A DNA stretch of 64,000 nt from Parvibaculaceae bacterium (GCA_965226465.1 OZ245362.1:769931-833930); one strand, 5' to 3'. Counted from the first letter of the stretch, positions 19,161-29,215 are shown. Program-made: numbers and translations. The notes: generated from the letters alone by a model not told the origin.

Positions 19161-20357
19161 TCATGAGGCGGAGCGAATAGCATATTGCAACCCCTTTTCT
19201 ATCTGCTCCTCAGCAAGGGGAAAGTCCTCCTCCTTCCACCATTGCTCAAACGCCTTTTGAATTTCTCCCATTTTCGGACCCGCTTTGATATTTTCCTCTT
19301 CCAACCTTTTTCCACTAATCGGCATTTGAGGAATATCCCAACTTTCCGCTTCGCTCAAAAGAGCGCCCCACTGCTCCCCATCCACCCGAGCATGGGCAAG
19401 ACACAAGGCATCAATTGCCCCCATTCTGCCCGCTTCATAGACCAGAATATGCAATTGCTTTTTATGGATAGAAGGCTGAAGCCCCTTTGAAAAATGCAAA
19501 GCGGTTTTGAGCCTTTGGCGTGATGCTTTGGAGAGATTGAGCCTTTTGGAAACCGCCTCCACATGCTCCTCCTCCATCAAGCAAGCAAGGCGCACTATAG
19601 GCTCGGCATTGGGATAGATTTGCAAAAGTCGGACAAGGTGTTTTGTTGTGCCCAGCTCCGGCAGAATAATTTTTAGCAATCCAATCTCCGCCATCCTATC
19701 AAATGCCAATGGTGCATTTTCCAAAGCAAGGATTTTTATAATTTCCTCACAAATCCGCTCCGCCGAAAGCCCCTGCAAATGCTCCAAATGGCGGGCGCAC
19801 GCCTCCATGCCTTCGCTATCGGGGGTTTTACCAAAGCGGAAGCTAAAGCGAAAAAACCGCAATATGCGCAAATAATCTTCCTGAATACGTTGCTCAGCAT
19901 TACCGATAAAACGAACCCTGAGCTTTTCCAAATCCGCCTTTGCCTGCCCCAAAGGGTCATGCAAAGTCCCGTCCGCATCCATATATAAGGCATTAATCGT
20001 AAAATCACGGCGCAGCGCATCCACCTCCCATTGGTCAGTAAGAGCAATTTTTGCATGCCGCCCATCAGCGGCAATATCTTGGCGCAGGCTTGTAATTTCA
20101 AAAACGCGCTTATGATAAATAGCCCGTATCGTTCCATGCTCAATGCCAATGGGCAATATGGTAAAATTAGCTTCCTGCAAAAGCGTGCTCACCTCTTGGG
20201 GAGAATAAGTTGTGGCAATATCAATATCGCCGACATGCTCCCCCAGCAAAGCATCCCGCACAGCCCCGCCAACAATACGCGCCCTTGTTTTTTGCCCCTT
20301 ATTAAGCGTCGCCAATAGCTTTTGCACCAATGGGTCACGCAACCATATATCATTCAT
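19161..20357 (-). CDS. cca: CCA tRNA nucleotidyltransferase / poly(A) polymerase family protein
   Basis: 398 aa with the class II nucleotidyltransferase head (IVGGAVRDALLG...DIDIAT, RRDFTINALY) and EDYLRILRFFRF. Confidence 0.85.
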   Translation of the reverse strand: MNDIWLRDPLVQKLLATLNKGQKTRARIVGGAVRDALLGEHVGDIDIATTYSPQEVSTLLQEANFTILPIGIEHGTIRAIYHKRVFEITSLRQDIAADGRHAKIALTDQWEVDALRRDFTINALYMDADGTLHDPLGQAKADLEKLRVRFIGNAEQRIQEDYLRILRFFRFSFRFGKTPDSEGMEACARHLEHLQGLSAERICEEIIKILALENAPLAFDRMAEIGLLKIILPELGTTKHLVRLLQIYPNAEPIVRLACLMEEEHVEAVSKRLNLSKASRQRLKTALHFSKGLQPSIHKKQLHILVYEAGRMGAIDALCLAHARVDGEQWGALLSEAESWDIPQMPISGKRLEEENIKAGPKMGEIQKAFEQWWKEEDFPLAEEQIEKGLQYAIRSAS

Positions 20358-20531
20358 CTAGCTTGCCCCGAATATAAACAGACTTCCAATCATAAGCAGC
20401 ACGCCCACCGCCAAAGCGAGGAGGCTTGCCGAGACATCCAATAATTGCCTCCGATAAAGCCGCCGATGAAGCGCATAGCACAGAAAGGGCAGAAGCAATA
20501 AAAAGATATTCCATATAAATACGCGTATCAT
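20358..20531 (-). CDS. small two-TM membrane protein of unknown function
   Basis: 57 aa from ATG 20531 (MIRVFIWNIFLLLLPFLCYALHRR...). It begins 2 nt after the antiporter stop and abuts cca. The longer track ORF would overlap the upstream gene. Confidence 0.45.
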   Translation of the reverse strand: MIRVFIWNIFLLLLPFLCYALHRRLYRRQLLDVSASLLALAVGVLLMIGSLFIFGAS

Positions 20532-20532
20532 G

Positions 20533-21456
20533 TCAGACCCCCCTATAAGAAAAGATAATATAAGCGATATAGCAGGCAACCATAATAACCCCATGCACCC
20601 GCCGCCATTGCCAGTTCACGCTGAGCAGAAACACAAGGGTTAGACTTATCAATAATTGCAAGGCAACATCAATAAGAACATGCTGCTGCACAGGGATAGG
20701 ACTGATAAGGGCAGACACTCCCAATATCCCCAATATATTGATAATATTACTCCCCAGCACATTACCGATAGCCAAGCTCATCGCCCCCTTGCGTGCGGCA
20801 ACAAAAGAAATGACAAGCTCAGGCAAAGACGTTCCCAATGCGACAATGGTAAGCCCGATAACAATATCGGATATGCCAAGGTGCAAAGCGATGGTACGGG
20901 CATGGGTAACCACAAGCTCCGCCCCGCCCAATACCATGACAAGCCCAAAAATGAGAAAAATGACAAGCAGCCATAAAGGATAATTGCGCGAGTTTTCAAA
21001 AGAAGGAATAGCCTCCTTATCTCTGAGCAAAAAGAAGAAATAGCCAAAAAGCACCAAAAGCATGATGCCCCCCTCCATAAGAGAAATATTTCCAAGCACC
21101 CCAAACCCCAATAAAAACAGGGACGCACCGATAAGGGCAATTTTTTCGCGCCTATTCACCTGGATTTTTTTTGTATAAAAACCGGCACCAACAGCAACCC
21201 CAAAAACCAGCAAAACATTGGTGATATTGCTCCCGACCACATTCCCCAAAACCAGCCCTTCCGCCCCATGCAAAGTGGCACGAATGGAGACAACCAGCTC
21301 AGGAAGAGAAGTGCCAATCGCCAATATAAAAACCCCGACAATGATAGGGGAAATATTAAGCCTTTTGGAAACTCCCGCCGCCCCATTGACCAATGTCTCA
21401 CTACCCACGCCAAGCAGGATAAAGCCGAAAACCAATAATATAAGATTGAGCGTCAT
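20533..21456 (-). CDS. calcium/sodium antiporter (CaCA / YrbG family)
   Basis: 307 aa with two alpha-repeats (GTSLPELVVSI... and GTSLPELVISF..., GNVVGSNITN / GNVLGSNIIN). Confidence 0.9.
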   Translation of the reverse strand: MTLNLILLVFGFILLGVGSETLVNGAAGVSKRLNISPIIVGVFILAIGTSLPELVVSIRATLHGAEGLVLGNVVGSNITNVLLVFGVAVGAGFYTKKIQVNRREKIALIGASLFLLGFGVLGNISLMEGGIMLLVLFGYFFFLLRDKEAIPSFENSRNYPLWLLVIFLIFGLVMVLGGAELVVTHARTIALHLGISDIVIGLTIVALGTSLPELVISFVAARKGAMSLAIGNVLGSNIINILGILGVSALISPIPVQQHVLIDVALQLLISLTLVFLLSVNWQWRRVHGVIMVACYIAYIIFSYRGV

Positions 21457-21528
21457 GTTATCTCTTCCTTTTTTCTATAGGGTGATTCTTAACCTTCCCC
21501 TAACCTGACTATACTACGCTTGCCCCTC

Positions 21529-22011
21529 ATGGAAAAGGACGGGCACGATTATATTGCACGGCGCATTGGTGGAGCGAAGCGAAGCGGTGTGGTGCATGAA
21601 AACAGCGAGATTATAGAGATTTTATCGCTTATTGAGGAGGCGCTAATATGTGCATGTGCCTGCAAGGAAAAGCTTTCTGAGGCAATATCCTTATATGAGA
21701 TGAGGCAAGAGGCAAAAAGTGCCCGCCATGAGCTTTTGTCAGAGCAATATCATAACTGCCTAAGCGAGATGGTAGCGTTTTTTGATACCGCCTCCTCGGA
21801 TGTGCAAAAACTTTTTTCCGGCACCCTTCCCCCCCGCTTCATTGCCCTTGATGCGGCAGACAGGGTGAGGCTGAGCTTCCACATCCAAATCTCTCCCCCC
21901 CTTGCTGAAACCAATGAGCGTGCGCTATTGGATAAAAAATATTCCTATTGGTGCGATATCACCGCCGCTTTGGAAGAAAATATTCTTCTCTTCACCCGCT
22001 ATAATTTCTAG
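21529..22011 (+). CDS. hypothetical protein (no recognisable domain)
   Basis: 160 aa from ATG 21529 (TTG 21520 is also possible). Codon composition is host-like. No motif was recognised. Confidence 0.5.
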   Translation: MEKDGHDYIARRIGGAKRSGVVHENSEIIEILSLIEEALICACACKEKLSEAISLYEMRQEAKSARHELLSEQYHNCLSEMVAFFDTASSDVQKLFSGTLPPRFIALDAADRVRLSFHIQISPPLAETNERALLDKKYSYWCDITAALEENILLFTRYNF

Positions 22012-22070
22012 ACAGCACCGCCAAGCTACTACATACTAGCCCCTGCTGTAGAGAACCGACAGAAGAGCAA

Positions 22071-23306
22071 ATGGCAAAGATAGATTATAATGAGAGTTTT
22101 GAGCGCGCCTTATCCTCACTGCATGAGGAGGGACGCTATCGGATTTTCACCCCTTTGGCACGCTCTGCGGGGAGCTTTCCGGAGGCAAAACAGCTGGAAA
22201 ATATGGAGGAGAATATCCTCGTCTGGTGTTCCAATGATTATCTTGGCATGGGTCAGAACCCTTATGTTTTGGAAGCGATGAAGGATGCGATAAACACGCT
22301 TGGTGCAGGGGCGGGTGGCACAAGAAATATTTCTGGAACCCATAAAGCGATTATAGAGCTTGAAGCCGAGCTTGCCGACTTACATGAAAAAGAAGCAAGC
22401 CTTGTCTTCACCTCAGGCTATGTTTCCAATGAGGCGACGATAAGCACTTTGGCAAAATTACTGGATGATTGCGTGATATTTTCCGATGCCGAAAACCATG
22501 CCTCCATGATAGCGGGCATGCGCCTTTCGGGCAGCAGAAAGCATATTTTCCGCCATAATGACATAGCCCATTTGGAGGAGTTGCTCGCCGCCACCCCCAC
22601 CAATGTTCCCAAGCTAATCACCTTTGAATCCGTCTATTCCATGGATGGCGACATTGCCCCCATAGCGGATATTTGTGCGCTTGCCGAAAAATATAATGCC
22701 CTCACCTATCTTGATGAGGTGCATGCCGTTGGCATGTATGGGGAGAGCGGCGGCGGCATTGCTTCCAGAGATGGCGTGATGGACAGGGTAGATATTATTG
22801 AAGGCACTTTGGCAAAAGCCTTTGGGATAATGGGCGGCTATATTGCGGGGCGTGCCAATATTATTGATGCGATACGCTCCTATGCGCCCGGTTTTATTTT
22901 CACAACCTCGCTCCCCCCCGCCATTGCGGCGGGTGCAAAGGCAAGCATTCGCCATTTGAAGCAATCCTCTGTGGAGCGTGACCGCCTTCACGAGCGCGTC
23001 TCCCGCCTTAAAAAAATGCTTACCAAAGCGGGGCTACCCTTCATGGATAGCGCCAGCCACATTGTACCCCTCATGGTGGGCGACCCCATATTATGCAAAA
23101 AAGCAAGCGATAGATTGCTCACCAAGCACGGCATTTACATCCAGCCCATTAACTATCCAACCGTTAGCAGAGGAGCCGAGCGGCTCCGCATCACCCCCAC
23201 CCCACTGCATAGCGATGAGATGATGGAGCAATTAATAAGCGCCCTTTCCGAAACATGGGAAGCCTTGCAAATATCCTATGAAAAACAGGAAACCAGCCTT
23301 GCCTGA
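22071..23306 (+). CDS. hemA: 5-aminolevulinate synthase
   Basis: 411 aa alpha-oxoamine synthase with [28 protein letters not shown] and TLAKAFG (PLP lysine) motifs. Confidence 0.95.
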   Translation: MAKIDYNESFERALSSLHEEGRYRIFTPLARSAGSFPEAKQLENMEENILVWCSNDYLGMGQNPYVLEAMKDAINTLGAGAGGTRNISGTHKAIIELEAELADLHEKEASLVFTSGYVSNEATISTLAKLLDDCVIFSDAENHASMIAGMRLSGSRKHIFRHNDIAHLEELLAATPTNVPKLITFESVYSMDGDIAPIADICALAEKYNALTYLDEVHAVGMYGESGGGIASRDGVMDRVDIIEGTLAKAFGIMGGYIAGRANIIDAIRSYAPGFIFTTSLPPAIAAGAKASIRHLKQSSVERDRLHERVSRLKKMLTKAGLPFMDSASHIVPLMVGDPILCKKASDRLLTKHGIYIQPINYPTVSRGAERLRITPTPLHSDEMMEQLISALSETWEALQISYEKQETSLA

Positions 23307-24321
23307 CATCAGCCCGCTCCCCCCCTCTCACCCCGAAATTGCAACAGGTAAAAAGGGCATATTGCTCATCCAGCTTGGCACCCCCCAAAGCCCAAGCCCC
23401 AACCATATCAGACGCTATCTGGCGCAGTTTCTAAGCGATAAAAGGGTCATAGAGCTTCCCGCCCTTTTCTGGCAGCCCTTATTGCGATGCGTGATATTGC
23501 CCCTTCGCAGCCAAAAGCTTTCCCATAGCTATAAAACGATATGGGATAAAAAACATAATGAAAGCCCGCTAAGACAAATTACCAAACAGCAAGCAGAAAA
23601 AGTAAACGCCAAATTTCCAACCATAGAAATAGAATATGCCATGCGCTATGGCGCACCTTCCATAGAAGAGAAACTGCAAAAATTGCAAAAAATGGGCTGC
23701 GAGCAAATATCCCTTATCGCCCTCTATCCCCAATATAGCGCAACGACAACCGCAAGCAGCTATGATGAGAGCTTTCGCATATTGCAAAAAATGCGCTGGC
23801 AACCCTCCATAAGAACAGCCGCCTCATGGCATGATGACAAAATCTATATTGAAGCATTGGCAGCACATCTGAAAAAAGAGCTAGGCAAGCTTTCATGGAA
23901 ACCAGAAGTAATACTCGCCTCTTTTCATGGACTACCAGAGCATTATCTGCATAAGGGCGACCCCTATCATTGCCATTGTGCCAAGACCGCAAGGCTTTTA
24001 CGCCAAGCCATGAATATGAGCGAAGAAACCCTCCGCCTCTGCTTCCAATCCCGCTTTGGCAGGGCAAAATGGCTAGAGCCTTATACACAAAACACCGTAG
24101 AAACCCTTGCCAAAGAGGGGGTAAAAAAAATAGCCGTGATTACGCCCGGCTTCACAACAGATTGCCTGGAAACATTGGAAGAAATAAACATCATGCTAAA
24201 GAAAAGCTTTTTAGACTATGGCGGAAAAAAGTTTCACGCCCTCCCCTGCCTTAATGACAACCAATATGGTATAAAAATTCTGGAACATATCATAAAAAGA
24301 GAAATAGGAGACTGGCTATAA
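23278..24321 (+). CDS. hemH: ferrochelatase
   Basis: 347 aa with [31 protein letters not shown] and [12 protein letters not shown] motifs. The ATG start overlaps the hemA 3' end by 29 nt. Confidence 0.9.
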   Translation: MKNRKPALPDISPLPPSHPEIATGKKGILLIQLGTPQSPSPNHIRRYLAQFLSDKRVIELPALFWQPLLRCVILPLRSQKLSHSYKTIWDKKHNESPLRQITKQQAEKVNAKFPTIEIEYAMRYGAPSIEEKLQKLQKMGCEQISLIALYPQYSATTTASSYDESFRILQKMRWQPSIRTAASWHDDKIYIEALAAHLKKELGKLSWKPEVILASFHGLPEHYLHKGDPYHCHCAKTARLLRQAMNMSEETLRLCFQSRFGRAKWLEPYTQNTVETLAKEGVKKIAVITPGFTTDCLETLEEINIMLKKSFLDYGGKKFHALPCLNDNQYGIKILEHIIKREIGDWL

Positions 24322-25076
24322 TGATGAAGGGGGTTTTTTGTTTTATTTTCCTTATACTGTCTATAACGGAACTTAAAGCGGCAGAATATCGCGCAGAATA
24401 TCAAATATCGCTTGGTGGCTTCCGCCTCGCTCTGGCGGATATTCAACTGGATATACAGGAAAACAATTACCGCATAAGTGGCGATATGCGCCCTGACGGT
24501 TTTGTAAAAAAACTGACAAAAGAGCTTTACGCCAAAGGGCGCGCACTTGGCGAGCTTTCAAGAAAGCGCGCACGCCCCGCCCGCTTTGACGCCCAATGGG
24601 GCGAGAAGCAGGATAGAAGGCGGGTAAGGCTCTTATATGATGAGGGCAAGATTACCTCTTTCACCGCCACCCCCCCCTATCCCGATAATGCCGAGATACA
24701 AAAGCGCATCATAGAGGAATATGGCATGGATACGACGGATCTGCTTTCAGGCTTTCTGCAATTTGCCAATGAGACGGGTTGTGATTACAGCTTACGAATT
24801 TTTGACGGACGGCGACGCTTTGAAATGAAAATGGAGCCGCTACCAAAAAACTTTGCCGAAACAGAAAACAAACAAAGCATAAAAGAATGTGCCGCCCGCT
24901 TTTACCCCCAATTTGGCTATAAGAAAAAAAGCTTTCTCTTTGGCGGCAAAGAGCAGATAAAAGCGCGAATCTCCTATAGAAAGATAGGCGATAGCAGCCT
25001 GATAATCCCCGATAAAATCATCATTAATACGAGCCTTGGTGCTTTCGTATTTAGTGCGGTCAATTTTTTCCGCTAA
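24321..25076 (+). CDS. DUF3108 domain-containing secreted protein
   Basis: 251 aa with a signal peptide ([20 protein letters not shown]). The segment AEYRAEYQISLGGFRLA is typical of DUF3108. The start overlaps the hemH stop (TAATG). Confidence 0.7.
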   Translation: MMKGVFCFIFLILSITELKAAEYRAEYQISLGGFRLALADIQLDIQENNYRISGDMRPDGFVKKLTKELYAKGRALGELSRKRARPARFDAQWGEKQDRRRVRLLYDEGKITSFTATPPYPDNAEIQKRIIEEYGMDTTDLLSGFLQFANETGCDYSLRIFDGRRRFEMKMEPLPKNFAETENKQSIKECAARFYPQFGYKKKSFLFGGKEQIKARISYRKIGDSSLIIPDKIIINTSLGAFVFSAVNFFR

Positions 25077-25326
25077 GGCTTTTCAACTTTAACCACAGCA
25101 AAGAGCCGGTCAATAAAACCAATATGGAATTGGAAAGCAATAAGGGCATATCACCCGTCAAAAGACCATAAACCGACCATGCAAAAACACCTAAAGTCAG
25201 CATAAAGATATAAAGCAAAGATAAATCATCCACTTTCTTATTGCGCCATGATTTTATGACCTGTGGCAAGAGGCAGAAGGTCGTGCAAATTCCGGCAAAA
25301 TATCCGATAAGCGTTATCACCGTCAT
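25060..25326 (-). CDS. SemiSWEET (PQ-loop) family transporter
   Basis: 88 aa with three TM helices and the PQ motif (CLLPQVIKSWRNK). The ATG overlaps the stop of the upstream PEPC-like gene (ATGA). Confidence 0.8.
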   Translation of the reverse strand: MTVITLIGYFAGICTTFCLLPQVIKSWRNKKVDDLSLLYIFMLTLGVFAWSVYGLLTGDMPLLLSNSILVLLTGSLLWLKLKSLSGKN

Positions 25327-28124
25327 CCAAATGCCCTAAAATAATGAGCAATCGCCGTAGAGATATTTAAAATCTGCTCATAGCTTTCCTCAATGCGGTC
25401 AATATATTCCTCATTAATATGAGCAAACTCAGAGGCATCGCTTTCCAAATATTGACAAGGCTCCTTCATGGAAAAATCTTCCCTCTCAATGAGATTAACA
25501 GGATATGCCTCCCGCAATTGATGCACGGCTTCGCTGATATTGAGCGAAAGCAGCATGGCGATTACCTCATCACGGCTTAGCTGGTTTCGCTTTGAAAAGG
25601 TCGGCAATGCCGCCCCCAAAAGGAAAATATGCTGCATAAGAGCAAGGCGCAAGCTATGGAGCAGATAAAGCTCATTTCGGCTCTCGCCTGCCCCTTTATG
25701 GCTTTCTTTGGTATCCACATGTTTGAGAATGCGTTGAAATTTAAGCCCATCAACCCGCAAATTGGCGACAAGGTCTTGGAATATGCCAAAGCGGCTATCG
25801 GAGGATAAATGCTCCGCCAGCAATATGGAGCTTTGCTCCAGCTTGGACTCGCTTTCGGCACGCAATGCCCAGAACACGCCATCAAAGACCCTGCCATAGG
25901 CGGCAATGGTTCGGATAGAGGCGATAGAAACGGCATGCGCCGCAAGGGAAATTAATTGCTGTGCCCGCTCAGAGGCTTGATATAGCTCCAAAAATGCCTC
26001 TTCAGCATTTTCCAAGGTGCTCCCCAAGCCTGCGACAACATTTACGGGATATCCCAATTGCTGCAATATCGCATTATGCGGAATAGCCCGCATTCGCCTC
26101 AGACTTCCGCCCTTTGCCTGTATGATATTGGCGCGCTTTATTTGCCGTGAGCCGGTAATGGGCAGCAATGAGGTACCAAAACAATGGATAACCCCCGAAT
26201 ATTCCGGCGCATGGAACAAGTCCGCCTGATAGCGCCGCAAGATATTATAAAAATCAAGCGATATATCCACATGCTTATAAAAGGGATCATGCTCATAAGG
26301 CTTCCTGCCAAGCTCTATCTCCATGATACGGGTGAGCGTGGCAAGGGCAAGCTCTCGGTTTGCAAAAAACACATAGCCATCACCGCCCTGAAAACTCATT
26401 TCTCTATGCAGAGTAATATTACGCTCTTCAAATTGATGGCGCGCCCAAGGGGTCATGACATATTCCATTCTCGCCTTCATGCTGGCGGGGTGTGCCCCCC
26501 TTCCCATGCTCTCCCCATGCGTATTGAAAATAAGAGCGTCAACATCCTCCAGCCCCCGCTCTTTCATAATCTTGGCGAGCCTGCCCTGTAAGCGTTCAAT
26601 ACCAAGGGTCGCAGGAATCTGTCCAAGAAACCGCCCCGCATCAGAAAAGCCAAGCTGTATGGAAAACACGCCTCTTTTCTTAACATATTCAACATATTCC
26701 TTTTGCCCACATAAGGCTTCCAGCAGAACATGCCCCTGCTCAATACCGATATGGGTTTCAAAAAGCGGCGAGATATCCACCTTTTCATGAATCCCAAATA
26801 ATCGCGAAAAATAGAGCGCAACCAGCACGGTAGCAGGCTGCTCACACTCAGCAATAAGCATACGAATAGGCGTATCGGCATCAATATGGTGCAAAATTTG
26901 CCGTATAACCAGAAACTGCCTGACCGCAGAAGTCGTCTCCATTGCAAGGGTAGCAAAATCAACACTAACAGGCTTCACGCCTTTCAGCATTTCGCAAAGG
27001 CGCACCATGGCGGCACGATTGGCAAGATTTACGCTCTCCTCATTTCCAAGCTTCCTGCGAATGGCATTATGAAGCTGAGCGGCATTAATACGGAAATGAA
27101 CCCTACCCACACCCAACCCATTTCGGCGCATAGCAGCCGTGACAAGCATAAGCTTCTCAGCAATATCATCCTCAATAGAGGGGATAATTTTTTCTATTTC
27201 AGCAATGGTTTTCGTAAGGCTGACAATTTTTTCCGTGCGAGGATGAGTAAGCTTATTGGCAATTTCGCTCAACTCCTGAGGGTCATCCAAAGGCTTTGCA
27301 AAAAGTGCCGCCATTTCCTCACTATGTTTTTTTGCCCCCTCCAGCCGTGCGATAATATTTTTCAGCTTATCGCATTTAGCCCCTTGCAGCATTTGGATAT
27401 AATTGCCAAGCCCAATGGCTTTTTCAAGTAGGCGGAAGCGAATAGAAACCGACCAAGAAATATCATCACGCCCATCCATATCATATCCGACCCATGTCCC
27501 AAAGCGGAAGAGATTGGGCTTCAGCCCCTTCCACTCCTTAGGATAATTTTTTCTGGCAAATCCGATAAGCTCCGAAGACATCGCATCACAAGCCTCTGAG
27601 GCATTATGCAGGGCTTCCAATGCCCCCTCATGTTCATATTCCAATGTCCGCTTTGTAGAAAGCGAAACGGCTCGGCTAATGGAAGACTCCTTTTTGACAG
27701 CACCAGCAATATCCGCAAGCTCCCGATAGCTTTCCGAGCCGAGCATAAAAGTAGGGTGAGCCGTAAAAATATAAGAGGTAAGGGGTTTGTGCCATTTTTT
27801 CTGAAACTCTTTAAAGCTTTTCTTTTTCTCGGCACGGAGCAATTTCTTAATGCTCTCTTTATTGCTTTTGGCTTCGGTAGGCTGGCAAAATCTTTTTAAG
27901 CTTTCCGCCCTTCTATGAAACGCCCCCCTTTCCAGCTGCTCAACAAGAGCGGCAATATTTTCGGAAGAAAGCCTATCATCCTCAAGGTCGCGCGAGATTT
28001 CAAAAGCAAGCTCAGATACCGCATTTACCGTTGGGCTTTTGCGATCTCTCTGCCGCAATTCCTTCAAACGGGCAAGGAGATGGGTTTTCAATTTTTTATT
28101 ATTTTCGGAGGATTTCTTACTCAT
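25323..28124 (-). CDS. ppc: phosphoenolpyruvate carboxylase-like protein (motif-divergent)
   Basis: 933 aa from ATG 28124, which is preceded by AGGAG. PEPC-type blocks are present but altered: FTAHPTF (canonical TAHPTE), LGFSDAGRF (GYSDSxKD), FNTHGESMGRGAHP (FHGRGGxxGRGGxP). The C-terminal residue is Gly. Confidence 0.75.
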   Translation of the reverse strand: MSKKSSENNKKLKTHLLARLKELRQRDRKSPTVNAVSELAFEISRDLEDDRLSSENIAALVEQLERGAFHRRAESLKRFCQPTEAKSNKESIKKLLRAEKKKSFKEFQKKWHKPLTSYIFTAHPTFMLGSESYRELADIAGAVKKESSISRAVSLSTKRTLEYEHEGALEALHNASEACDAMSSELIGFARKNYPKEWKGLKPNLFRFGTWVGYDMDGRDDISWSVSIRFRLLEKAIGLGNYIQMLQGAKCDKLKNIIARLEGAKKHSEEMAALFAKPLDDPQELSEIANKLTHPRTEKIVSLTKTIAEIEKIIPSIEDDIAEKLMLVTAAMRRNGLGVGRVHFRINAAQLHNAIRRKLGNEESVNLANRAAMVRLCEMLKGVKPVSVDFATLAMETTSAVRQFLVIRQILHHIDADTPIRMLIAECEQPATVLVALYFSRLFGIHEKVDISPLFETHIGIEQGHVLLEALCGQKEYVEYVKKRGVFSIQLGFSDAGRFLGQIPATLGIERLQGRLAKIMKERGLEDVDALIFNTHGESMGRGAHPASMKARMEYVMTPWARHQFEERNITLHREMSFQGGDGYVFFANRELALATLTRIMEIELGRKPYEHDPFYKHVDISLDFYNILRRYQADLFHAPEYSGVIHCFGTSLLPITGSRQIKRANIIQAKGGSLRRMRAIPHNAILQQLGYPVNVVAGLGSTLENAEEAFLELYQASERAQQLISLAAHAVSIASIRTIAAYGRVFDGVFWALRAESESKLEQSSILLAEHLSSDSRFGIFQDLVANLRVDGLKFQRILKHVDTKESHKGAGESRNELYLLHSLRLALMQHIFLLGAALPTFSKRNQLSRDEVIAMLLSLNISEAVHQLREAYPVNLIEREDFSMKEPCQYLESDASEFAHINEEYIDRIEESYEQILNISTAIAHYFRAFG

Positions 28125-28236
28125 TTTGCTCCTATAATTCCTATTGCTCCAACAACATAAGGCAAAGCCCGCCATAAGGCAAATTATGGGGTGCTTGACC
28201 TATGAGTGCAATATGGGCATATAGGATTACCATTTT

Positions 28237-28313
28237 GGCGGAGTAGCTCAGCTGGTTAGAGCAGCGGAATCATAATCCGCGTGTCGGGGGTTCAAGTCCC
28301 TCCTCCGCTACCA
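28237..28313 (+). tRNA. tRNA-Met (anticodon CAT), elongator-type, CCA-encoded
   Basis: 77 nt. The cloverleaf was folded by hand: acceptor GGCGGAG/CTCCGCT (G1-U72 wobble), D-arm GCTCAGCTGGTTAGAGC, anticodon loop AATCATAAT, T-arm GGGGGTTCAAGTCCCTC, 3' ACCA. It could alternatively be tRNA-Ile2 if C34 is lysidinylated. A TTGACC lies at 28195-28200 upstream. Confidence 0.9.
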
Positions 28314-28348
28314 CTCAATTATTCCTTTACACATACGGTTTCACTTGT

Positions 28349-28363
28349 TAGATATCTAGATAT
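28349..28363. repeat. overlapping palindromes TAGATATCTAGATAT (contains the 12-bp perfect palindrome ATATCTAGATAT)
   Basis: Read directly. It lies 26 nt upstream of the lipoprotein gene start and 36 nt downstream of the tRNA. Confidence 0.8.
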
Positions 28364-28388
28364 TCAATGTTTTATAAATGGGGGAAAA

Positions 28389-29207
28389 ATGACAATAGTA
28401 ACAACAAACATGCCAGCCAGAATATGGCTAATTATATCTATTCCTTTTGCACTTCTGATTGCAGGATGTGTAAATCCAGGAGCTACTAAAAAAGCAGATG
28501 TGTATGACGCCCTCAGCGTTAATGAACGCCAAGAGGTAAAAACTGTCAATATTTTGCTGATAAAGCCTGCCAAAGTTGAGGTTGATAATACGCATAATCA
28601 GTCAATAGCAAAAGGTGTTGGTGCTCTATTCGGAGCGGTTTTGGGTGGACTTGCTGGAGGCAAACAGGGAAATGATTCTTCTGGAATTCTCTTGGGAGGA
28701 GCCGTCGGTGAAAAAGTTGGAGAACTCTCACAGCAAAACAAGACGTTAGTAGATGGTGTGCAAATCATCTATAGAGAAGGCACAAATACATTAAGCTCAG
28801 CACAAGTCGGACAATTATGTGAATATGCACCCGGCATGGCACTGGCTATTGTAACAAAATCTAATGAAACCCGAATACAGCCCAACCATGTCTGCATTAA
28901 AGGTCAGGAAAATATTGTAGGTAAGGTGAGCAATATGCAACATATGGAACACACCTTCAAAGATGTAAAAGCAAATTATCAAGATACCGTTGACAATTTG
29001 AACCGTGAGCAAGTCATAACACAGGGCAAAGCAACCTTACAGGGAACGAGAACAGGTCTTACAAAAGAGATTACCCGAACCAAAAATGCAGAAGAAGCTG
29101 CAAATATAGAACTGGACAGAAGCAAAGCGGGGGTAGAGTTAATACGCGCTGTTAGTGATGGAATAAAAGACAACGCCAAAAATCCAGACACGGTTATCAT
29201 TAGATAA
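28389..29207 (+). CDS. glycine-zipper outer-membrane-type lipoprotein with long C-terminal helical extension
   Basis: ATG 28389. The lipobox is LLIAGC. The glycine zipper is GVGALFGAVLGGLAGGKQGNDSSGILLGGAVG (SlyB/Pcp-like). The C-terminal ~100 aa are rich in K/E/Q/T. The track's upstream extension runs through the tRNA. Confidence 0.7.
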   Translation: MTIVTTNMPARIWLIISIPFALLIAGCVNPGATKKADVYDALSVNERQEVKTVNILLIKPAKVEVDNTHNQSIAKGVGALFGAVLGGLAGGKQGNDSSGILLGGAVGEKVGELSQQNKTLVDGVQIIYREGTNTLSSAQVGQLCEYAPGMALAIVTKSNETRIQPNHVCIKGQENIVGKVSNMQHMEHTFKDVKANYQDTVDNLNREQVITQGKATLQGTRTGLTKEITRTKNAEEAANIELDRSKAGVELIRAVSDGIKDNAKNPDTVIIR

Positions 29208-29215
29208 GGGATAGC

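Noticed and set aside
28281-28388. Upstream extension of the lipoprotein ORF (MSGVQVPPPLPLNY...)
   Set aside because: It would translate through the 3' half of tRNA-Met. The ATG at 28389 gives a proper signal peptide and lipobox.
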